Part shown: piece after piece, positions 55,853-62,638 of the stretch
Numbering within the stretch: the first letter of the stretch is position 1
How the letters are laid out: each line of letters opens with the position of its first letter
The notes under the pieces: generated by a model
The model's database searches: none
What the model was told of the DNA's origin: nothing
The model's input: only the letters and a program-made list of their open reading frames with translations
Program-made: the position numbers and the translations under genes
Assembly (NCBI GenBank): GCA_964607485.1
Contig: CAZSKP010000002.1
Coordinates: 146,620 to 209,257 of the forward strand
Length of the DNA stretch: 62,638 bases
Origin: an uncultured bacterium
GTDB taxonomy: Bacteria > Abyssobacteria > SURF-5
Reading direction: 5' to 3'

Positions 55853-57004
55853 ATGAACAGCAAGAGCGCCGTCGTTGTCGGATTACTCGTCACCCTGGTG
55901 CTGGCTGCAGCAGTGGGCGGGCTGTACGTGTATGGCCAGAAGAAGATGATTCGCGATTCTGTCAACCAATTTGCGGCCGCAAAAACGCTCTACGAGGCGT
56001 CGCAATGGCCCGAGGCCGAGCGCTTATTCGGCGAGATCGTCCGCAAATATCCCCGCTCCGACGTCGCCCCCGAAAGCCTGTATTACGTGGCAATGATAAT
56101 GCAGGCCGGCGGCAGGTACGAGGAGGCTCTCGGAAGATGGCAGGCGCTCGCCAAAGCGGAGAATAATCCGCGGGCGGTCGAGATCGGTTACTACACCGCC
56201 TACTGCCTCGAAAAGCTGGGCAGGACGCCCGAGGCGGTCTCCGAATACACCCGCATCGCCGGCACGTATCAGGCGGGCGATTTCGCAAGCATGGCCAAGT
56301 CGGGCCTCGGCCGTATCGCAGAGGCCGAGGGCAAGACCGAAGAGGCGCGCACGCGGTATGAAGAGGCGATGGCTCTGGCCGGCTCGGCCGAGGCGCGCGG
56401 CCTCGCCGAGAGGCTGCTGGGCAACTTGAACCTGCGCATGTTCTTGAAGCCGGTTGAGGACGAACAGAAGACGCCATATCTCGTCAAGCCGGGAGACTCG
56501 ATGGTCGCCATCGCGCTGGCGCACAACACGACGGTTGACCTGCTCTGCAAGATAAACGGCATCCGCGACCCGGTGCAGATTCGCCCGAACAAGAGAATCC
56601 TGATCCCGAACCCCGACTTTTCTATTCTCATCGACAAATCGGATTTCAAGCTCACGCTGCGCAACCACGATAAATTCTTCAAGTCCTACAAGGTCGGCCT
56701 CGGCAAGCACGGCTGCACACCGGTGGGCGAATTTGTCATCGGCGACAAGATAAAGAATCCCACCTGGTGGTCCGACCAGGGGCCGATTCCTCCCGGCGAT
56801 CCACGCAATGAGCTGGGCACGCGGTGGATGGCGCTGAAGCCCGTCACGGCGGGCATCGGGTCCGACTATGGCATCCACGGAACGATCGACCCCACGACCA
56901 TCGGCTGGGAGTCGAGCAACGGCTGCCCGCGCATGTATCCCGACATGGCCGAGGAGCTCTACATGCTGGTCACCATCGGAACCCCCGTGGAGGTCGTTGA
57001 ATGA
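55853..57004 (+). CDS. L,D-transpeptidase with TM anchor, TPR region and LysM domain
   Basis: TPR-like helices, YLVKPGDS LysM, YGIHGT...SNGCPRM YkuD motif. Confidence 0.9.
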   Translation: MNSKSAVVVGLLVTLVLAAAVGGLYVYGQKKMIRDSVNQFAAAKTLYEASQWPEAERLFGEIVRKYPRSDVAPESLYYVAMIMQAGGRYEEALGRWQALAKAENNPRAVEIGYYTAYCLEKLGRTPEAVSEYTRIAGTYQAGDFASMAKSGLGRIAEAEGKTEEARTRYEEAMALAGSAEARGLAERLLGNLNLRMFLKPVEDEQKTPYLVKPGDSMVAIALAHNTTVDLLCKINGIRDPVQIRPNKRILIPNPDFSILIDKSDFKLTLRNHDKFFKSYKVGLGKHGCTPVGEFVIGDKIKNPTWWSDQGPIPPGDPRNELGTRWMALKPVTAGIGSDYGIHGTIDPTTIGWESSNGCPRMYPDMAEELYMLVTIGTPVEVVE

Positions 57005-57687
57005 ATTCACACGGCGACGAGATCAGGCGGCCGGTTCCGTATCCGATCTCGTTGAATCTGGACAAGGTTCCCTGTCTCGTTGTCGGAGGCGGCACGGTCG
57101 CGCTCCGCAAGGTCGAGGCGTTGATCGCCTCGGGCGCGAGGGTGACGGTCGTGAGTCCGCAGGTGCTGCCCGAAATCGAGGCGCTCGAGGAGGTCGAGCT
57201 GATCAAGAGCGAGTTTCGTCCCAGGGACCTCGAAGGGAAGTTCCTTGTCGTCAGCGCCACCGACGACAGGTCGGTCAACGAGGCGGTCGCCAAGGCCGCC
57301 GGGCGCCGCTCGATGCTCGTCAACGTCGTGGACATCCCCGAGCTGTGCAACTTCTACGTCAACTCTCAGGTCCGTCGGGGAGACCTGGCGATCAGCATAT
57401 CCACGGGAGGAGCAAGCCCGGCGCTCTCGAAGAGGATTCGCAAAGAGCTGGAACGGCAATACGGGGAGGAATACGCGGGCTTTCTGCTCCTGATGCGCGA
57501 GTATCGCCCGATGATAATCAGCGAGGTGGCCGACCCGGAGCGTAGGCGAAAAATCTTCGAGCGTCTCGCCAATGCCCGCATCGAGAAGATATATCGCGAA
57601 CAGGGAGAGGCCGCGGCCAGGAAGGCGATAGAGGACGCGATAAACGAAGGCGCCTACGCGGCAGAGGAGGCGGGGCCGGAATCATGA
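57001..57687 (+). CDS. Precorrin-2 dehydrogenase / sirohydrochlorin ferrochelatase (SirC/Met8p/CysG N-terminal type)
   Basis: VGGGTVALRK, NVVD.P..CNF, ISTGGASP. Confidence 0.9.
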   Translation: MNSHGDEIRRPVPYPISLNLDKVPCLVVGGGTVALRKVEALIASGARVTVVSPQVLPEIEALEEVELIKSEFRPRDLEGKFLVVSATDDRSVNEAVAKAAGRRSMLVNVVDIPELCNFYVNSQVRRGDLAISISTGGASPALSKRIRKELERQYGEEYAGFLLLMREYRPMIISEVADPERRRKIFERLANARIEKIYREQGEAAARKAIEDAINEGAYAAEEAGPES

Positions 57688-58526
57688 CCGCTTACACCCT
57701 CCAGATGGCAAGCTTCTACGTGGCCATGGCGGCCATCTTCGGCAGCGCGCTGTTGGCCGTGGGGTATCTGTTTGCACCCTCCAGATTTCATCCCCGGCAC
57801 GCCAATGCCGCCGCCATTGCCGGTTTCTTCCTCTTGACCGTTTTCTTTCTGCTCAGGTGGCGGTCGGTCGGTTTCCTGCCCGTCTCCAACATGTTCGAGT
57901 CGCTGACGTTCTTCATCTGGACCGTCGCGCTCATTTATCTGATAGTGGAGTATTTCCTCCCACTTCCGACGCTCTCGTCGTTCATCCTGCCGTTCATAAG
58001 CGCGTTCGCGCTGGTGGCCGTGTTCATCGCGCATGCGCCGGGAACCATCGACCCGAAGCTTAAGAGCGACTGGTTTTATCTGCATGTCTTCTTCGCATTC
58101 GCGGGCTATGCGACGTTCGCTGTCGCCTTTGCCACGGCGGTCATGTATCTGCTGCAGCGAAGGCAACTGAAATCGAAGAAGTCGTTCGACTCGGTGTTTC
58201 ACAGGCTTCCTTCGCTGGAGGTGCTTGACAACCTGAACCAGCGGCTTATCAACATGGGCTTCCCGCTGTTCACGTTTGCGATCTTTGTCGGCGTAATCTG
58301 GGCGCATCGCTCGGAGATTCTCGGTCCCAACTGGCCCAACGACCCGAAGATCGTTTTCACGGGAATCACCTGGCTGCTCTATGCGGCGCTGTTTCACATC
58401 CGGCTGTTCGGTGTCGCCCGTGGCAAGAGGGTTGCTCATCTCACCATTATCGCTTTCGTCTTCGTCGTCTTCACATTCCTGGGCACGAGGTATCTGGCCA
58501 GCGGCCCGCACGAGTTCCTGAAGTGA
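57684..58526 (+). CDS. ccsA: CcsA/HemX-family cytochrome c assembly membrane protein
   Basis: PVSNMFES, LPSLEVLD, G.IWA...WPNDPK..TW WWD-like motif. Confidence 0.85.
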   Translation: MTAYTLQMASFYVAMAAIFGSALLAVGYLFAPSRFHPRHANAAAIAGFFLLTVFFLLRWRSVGFLPVSNMFESLTFFIWTVALIYLIVEYFLPLPTLSSFILPFISAFALVAVFIAHAPGTIDPKLKSDWFYLHVFFAFAGYATFAVAFATAVMYLLQRRQLKSKKSFDSVFHRLPSLEVLDNLNQRLINMGFPLFTFAIFVGVIWAHRSEILGPNWPNDPKIVFTGITWLLYAALFHIRLFGVARGKRVAHLTIIAFVFVVFTFLGTRYLASGPHEFLK

Positions 58527-58551
58527 GGGGGGTGCTGAGCGCGGATTCGTC

Positions 58552-59814
58552 ATGGGTATTCTCGTCGTTGGTTTGAATCATAAGACCGCTCCGGTCGAGA
58601 TAAGGGAAAAGCTGGCGTTCAACGACCAGACCGTCCCTCGCGCGCTCATCGAGCTACGGGACCGAATGGCCGGTGTCGAGACGGTCATCCTCTCCACGTG
58701 CAACCGCGTGGAGATTTACGCGGCCGCGCCCGACATCGAGGAGCGGTTCGACGACATAGCCCGCTTCCTGGCCGATTTCCACAGTCTCAACCCCGACGAC
58801 TTCCTGCCGCACCTCTACCGTCATCTCGACCGCGACGCCGCCCGACACCTCTTCTCCGTCTCATGCAGCCTCGACTCGATGGTGGTCGGCGAGGCCGAGG
58901 TGCTCGGACAGGTGAAGCGGGCCTACATGTTCGCGCTGGAGGAAGGCGTGACGGGGAAGGTGCTGAACAACCTGTTTCAGCGCGCCTTCGGCGTCGCCAA
59001 GAACGTGCGAACGTCCAGTTCAATCGGCGAGAGAAAGGTATCCGTCGCCTCCGTCGCAGTCGAGTTCGCCCAGAAGATTTTCAGCGATTTCTCCGACAAG
59101 ACGGTGATGATAATAGGCGCGGGAGAGATGGGCGAGCTCACGCTAAAGCATATGGTCGAAAAAGGTATCAGCGCGCTGATAGTCGCCAACCGCACCTACC
59201 AGAAGGCGGTGGAGCTGGCCGACCGATACGACGGCATGGCGATCAAATACGAGTCGTTCGCCGATAACCTGCACCGCGCCGACGTGGTCATATGCACCTC
59301 CGGCGCGCCTCACTACATTCTCTATCCGAAACAGTTCCCGCCCCTCCTGCGCGCACGGCGCAACAGACCGATGCTGCTCATCGACATCGCGGTTCCGCGC
59401 GACATACACCCGGACGTCGAGAACATCGATAACGTGTACCTTTACAACATCGACGACCTGCAGAGGGTCGTCAACGAGAACATCGCGTTCAGGGAAAAAG
59501 AGCTCGAGCAATGCTCTTCCCTCATCGAGGTCGAGACCGATAACTTTATGGGATGGCTGGGCATACTCGACGTCGATTCGATGATAGTGCAGTTCCGCGA
59601 GGCGCTCCACGACGTTCGCCGCGACGAGCTGGCTCGCTCGTTGAATAAGCTGCCCGAACTGCGCGAGACCGAGAAGCAGGAGATAGAATACCTGACCGAG
59701 CGCATCGTCAACAAGATACTGAATCAGCCGACGCAGTTCCTGAAGAAGGAGGCGTCCCGGGGCGCGGGATACAGGTACATCGAAGCGCTGAAAGACCTCT
59801 TCGGGCTGAAGTGA
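58552..59814 (+). CDS. hemA: Glutamyl-tRNA reductase
   Basis: GLNHKTAP, STCNRVE, LDSMVVGE, GAGEMG, DIAVPRD. Confidence 0.97.
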   Translation: MGILVVGLNHKTAPVEIREKLAFNDQTVPRALIELRDRMAGVETVILSTCNRVEIYAAAPDIEERFDDIARFLADFHSLNPDDFLPHLYRHLDRDAARHLFSVSCSLDSMVVGEAEVLGQVKRAYMFALEEGVTGKVLNNLFQRAFGVAKNVRTSSSIGERKVSVASVAVEFAQKIFSDFSDKTVMIIGAGEMGELTLKHMVEKGISALIVANRTYQKAVELADRYDGMAIKYESFADNLHRADVVICTSGAPHYILYPKQFPPLLRARRNRPMLLIDIAVPRDIHPDVENIDNVYLYNIDDLQRVVNENIAFREKELEQCSSLIEVETDNFMGWLGILDVDSMIVQFREALHDVRRDELARSLNKLPELRETEKQEIEYLTERIVNKILNQPTQFLKKEASRGAGYRYIEALKDLFGLK

Positions 59815-59824
59815 AGGAGCATCC

Positions 59825-60790
59825 ATGGGAAAGGTTGAGGAAAAGACGCTCGTCATAATCGGCTCGCGCGGAAGCAAGCTGGCGATGACCCAGACCGAGT
59901 GGGTGCGGGACCGCATAAAATTTTTCAGGCCCGACCTCGACTTTCACATAAAGAAGATTTCCACCAGCGGCGACAAGATCACCGACGTGCCGCTCGCCAG
60001 GGTCGGCGGAAAGGGGCTGTTCACCAAGGAAATCGAGAACGAGCTTCTCTCCGGCGACATCGACCTCGCCGTTCACAGCATGAAGGACCTGCCGACCGAA
60101 TTGCCCGCCGGCCTCACGATGGGCGCCGTGCCGCTGCGCGAGGACGCGCGCGACGCACTCGTCTCCAGAGGCGACACAAAGCTCCATGAGTTGCGCGACG
60201 ATGCGGTCGTCGGCACATGCAGCCTCAGACGCAGGGCGCAGCTCCTCGCCATCCGGCCCGAATTGCAGGTGGCCGACCTGCGGGGAAACCTCGACACCCG
60301 CCTGAGAAAGGTGGCGGAAGGCCAGTACGACGCGATAGTGCTCGCATGCGCGGGCATCAGGCGGCTCGGCAGGCGAGAAGTCATCTCTGAAATCCTCGAC
60401 CTCGACGTGATCATTCCCGCCGTCGGACAGGGCGCGCTGTGCATCGAGATACGCGAGGGCAACCGCTTCGTCGAGGAGTTGCTCGCGCCGCTCAATCACG
60501 CCGAAACCGAAAGCGCCGTCAGGGCCGAACGCGCGCTGATGGCCGAGCTCGAGGGAGGATGCCAGGTTCCCGTCGGCGGCCACGCACGGATGGAGGAGGG
60601 CCTGCTCGTGCTTCGGGGTGTCGTCGCTTCCCTGGAGGGCGACAGGATTGTCCACGCGCAGGATGCGGGCAGCCCCGAAGACGCCGAGGAGCTTGGCAGA
60701 CGCGTCGCCGCCCGCCTGATGATGATGGGCGCGAAGGAGATACTGGACGAGATAAGAGGGTACGAGGAATGTCCACCCACGGGAAATTAG
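59825..60790 (+). CDS. hemC: Hydroxymethylbilane synthase
   Basis: GSRGSKLA, GGKGLFTKE, VHSMKD, RGNLDTR, LEGGCQVP. Confidence 0.97.
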   Translation: MGKVEEKTLVIIGSRGSKLAMTQTEWVRDRIKFFRPDLDFHIKKISTSGDKITDVPLARVGGKGLFTKEIENELLSGDIDLAVHSMKDLPTELPAGLTMGAVPLREDARDALVSRGDTKLHELRDDAVVGTCSLRRRAQLLAIRPELQVADLRGNLDTRLRKVAEGQYDAIVLACAGIRRLGRREVISEILDLDVIIPAVGQGALCIEIREGNRFVEELLAPLNHAETESAVRAERALMAELEGGCQVPVGGHARMEEGLLVLRGVVASLEGDRIVHAQDAGSPEDAEELGRRVAARLMMMGAKEILDEIRGYEECPPTGN

Positions 60791-62298
60791 TGTCCCTCAT
60801 AGGGGCCGGGCCGGGCGACCCGAAGCTCATAAGCGTGAAGGGACTCGAATGCCTGAAGAGGGCCGACGTCGTCGTGTACGACTACCTCTCCAACCCCCGC
60901 CTCCTTTCCCATTGCAGGCCCGATGCGGAAAAAATATACGTCGGCAAGAAGGGCAGCCGGCACACGCTCGAACAGGACGACATCAACAAGCTGCTCGTCG
61001 AAAAGGCGTCGGCCGGAAAGACAGTCGCGCGGCTGAAAGGCGGCGACCCGTTCGTGTTCGGCAGGGGCGGCGAAGAAGCGCTCGCGCTCGTCGAGGCGAG
61101 CATCCCCTTCGAGGTCGTCCCCGGCATCACCGCCGCCGTCGCCGCGCCGGCGTATGCGGGAATCCCCGTCACCCACCGCGACCTCACCTCGACGTTCGCG
61201 CTCATCACCGGCCACGAGGACCCCGCGAAGGAAGAGAGCGCCATCGACTGGGCCAAGCTGGCCACCGGCGTCGGCACGCTCGCGTTCTACATGGGCGTGA
61301 AAAACCTGCCGCGCATCGTGGAGCGGCTCATCAAGCACGGACGCAGTCCCGACACGCCCACGGCCGTCATTCGATGGGGCACCAAACCCGAACAGCAGAC
61401 CGTCGTGGGCACGCTCGCAGACATCGTGCGGAGGGTGAAAGAGGCCCGCCTGCAGGCGCCGGCCATCACGATAGTCGGCGAGGTCGTCAGCCTGCGCGAG
61501 CAGCTCAACTGGTTCGAGTCGCGCCCGCTGTTCGGCAGAAAAATCGTCGTCACACGCTCGCGCGCGCAGTCGAGCGAGTTCGTCGAACAGCTCGAGGCGC
61601 TGGGCGCCGAGGCCGTCGAGATGCCGACGATAAGAATCGCGGACCCGGAAAACTTCGGCCCGCTCGACGACGCAATCGACACCATCGAGACGTTCGATTG
61701 GATAGTGCTGACGAGCGTGAATGCGGTCGGCCGGTTCATCGACCGGCTCCTCCAGCGCGGCCGCGACATCCGCGACCTCAAAGGAATCAACATATGCGCC
61801 ATCGGCTCGGCCACCGCCGACGAGGTGCGGAAGTATCATCTGCGCGTTGACCTCGTTCCGCCGAAGTACGTGGCCGAATCGATTGTCGAGTCGCTCGAAA
61901 AAACGGGCGCGATCAAGGGGAAGCAATTTCTCCTGCCTCGCGCCGACATCGCGCGCAGCCTGCTTCCCGACGAGCTCAAGCGGCTGGGCGGCGAGGCCGT
62001 CGAGGTGGATGTGTACCGGACCGTCCTCGAAGAGGAGGCCGACCAAGATGTCATCGAACGAATGCTCGACGGCGGCATCGACCTCGTCACGTTCACCAGC
62101 TCCTCGACCGTCCGCAACTTCGCGCAGATACTCGGCAAAGACCGGCTCGAAAAGGCCAAGTCGAAGACCCGCTTCGCGAGCATCGGCCCCATCACCACGC
62201 AGACCGCCGATGAGCTCGGCATCCCCATCCACATCGAGGCCGCTCAGCACGACATTCCCGGCCTCATCGACGCCATCCGAAAACTCTTCACCGCATAA
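60769..62298 (+). CDS. cobA: Uroporphyrinogen-III C-methyltransferase / uroporphyrinogen-III synthase fusion (CobA-HemD)
   Basis: GAGPGDP, RLKGGDPFVFGRGGEE, then WFESRPLFG..IVVTR...FTSSSTV HemD domain. Confidence 0.95.
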   Translation: MSTHGKLVSLIGAGPGDPKLISVKGLECLKRADVVVYDYLSNPRLLSHCRPDAEKIYVGKKGSRHTLEQDDINKLLVEKASAGKTVARLKGGDPFVFGRGGEEALALVEASIPFEVVPGITAAVAAPAYAGIPVTHRDLTSTFALITGHEDPAKEESAIDWAKLATGVGTLAFYMGVKNLPRIVERLIKHGRSPDTPTAVIRWGTKPEQQTVVGTLADIVRRVKEARLQAPAITIVGEVVSLREQLNWFESRPLFGRKIVVTRSRAQSSEFVEQLEALGAEAVEMPTIRIADPENFGPLDDAIDTIETFDWIVLTSVNAVGRFIDRLLQRGRDIRDLKGINICAIGSATADEVRKYHLRVDLVPPKYVAESIVESLEKTGAIKGKQFLLPRADIARSLLPDELKRLGGEAVEVDVYRTVLEEEADQDVIERMLDGGIDLVTFTSSSTVRNFAQILGKDRLEKAKSKTRFASIGPITTQTADELGIPIHIEAAQHDIPGLIDAIRKLFTA

Positions 62299-62329
62299 AC
62301 CCGCCGCGCATTTGCACGCATTCTATGAC

Positions 62330-62582
62330 CACGAATTACACGAATGACACGAACCGGCGAGTCGCCGGACACATTTCGAATGGCCCGTGTGAGAACTTGA
62401 TCTGTTCCCCGCGCCTCCCTGTGCTCCCCGTGGTGAAGAAGAAAGTCTCAGGTTTTCGGTTTGAACCCTGAACCCCAAACTCTGAACCCTGAACCTTTTC
62501 GCTCTTCGCCCTTCGTGATCCTTCGCGTTCTTCGTGGATAGATCTTTCCAATCCGCAATCCGCAATCCCAAATCCGAAATCG
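62330..62582. repeat. Mosaic of short 7- and 9-mer tandem repeats
   Basis: CACGAAT(T/G)A x3 (62330-53), TCCC(C/T)G(C/T)G-type x3 (62406-34), TGAACCC-type x5 (62462-95), TTCG-led units x5 (62498-537), (C/A)AATCCG-type x5 (62549-82). Confidence 0.85.
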
Positions 62583-62638
62583 AAAAGCCTGGCGCTCCGG
62601 CGCCGGAGGTGTGTACTGGCAGAGCGCGTCCTTCGGAG

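Noticed and set aside
62323-62571. Short minus-strand ORFs at the right end
   Set aside because: They are translations of short tandem repeats and are low-complexity artefacts.

Overview
GC-rich chromosomal segment from what looks like an anaerobic diderm bacterium (Rnf complex, siroheme-type tetrapyrrole operon, GT9 and AsmA-like envelope genes). I see no integrase, transposase, rRNA or CRISPR array. From left to right: (1) a minus-strand operon of three paralogous PEP-synthase-like proteins lacking the normal pyruvate-binding barrel, a metallophosphatase and a truncated 21-aa-repeat coiled-coil gene; (2) a GH1 glucosidase; (3) a lexA / inactive RadA-like / small partner / PolB2 damage-inducible cassette behind a perfect sigma70 promoter with an SOS-like box; (4) tRNA-His and tRNA-Arg; (5) a DUF1318 lipoprotein, thiL, IMPase, DUF2905, GT9 and cysteine synthase; (6) a Cys-less thiolase paired with a DUF35-SCP2 protein; (7) a low-GC HNH gene and an asmA-like gene; (8) a sulfur-relay cluster (decayed Rrf2, ubiquitin-like carrier, two MoeB, JAMM, DsrE/F/H-like, TusA, ThiI-like); (9) four tandem XRE-cupin regulators with an identical recognition helix; (10) MFS, two GT-C-like membrane proteins and der; (11) a methyltransferase / HgcAB-like corrinoid-ferredoxin fusion / MDR dehydrogenase unit; (12) a His/Met-rich exported protein, transglutaminase, acyl-CoA ligase alpha-like protein, priA and HNH; (13) rnfCDGEAB plus a Ser/Thr kinase; (14) an L,D-transpeptidase coupled to sirC-ccsA-hemA-hemC-cobA/hemD. 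Several families of REP-like palindromes and short tandem repeats occupy intergenic gaps. The best candidates for an undescribed system are the triple dikinase-like/phosphatase operon, the XRE-cupin quartet and the HgcAB-like unit. Product calls rest on motif recognition by eye; no database searches were run.
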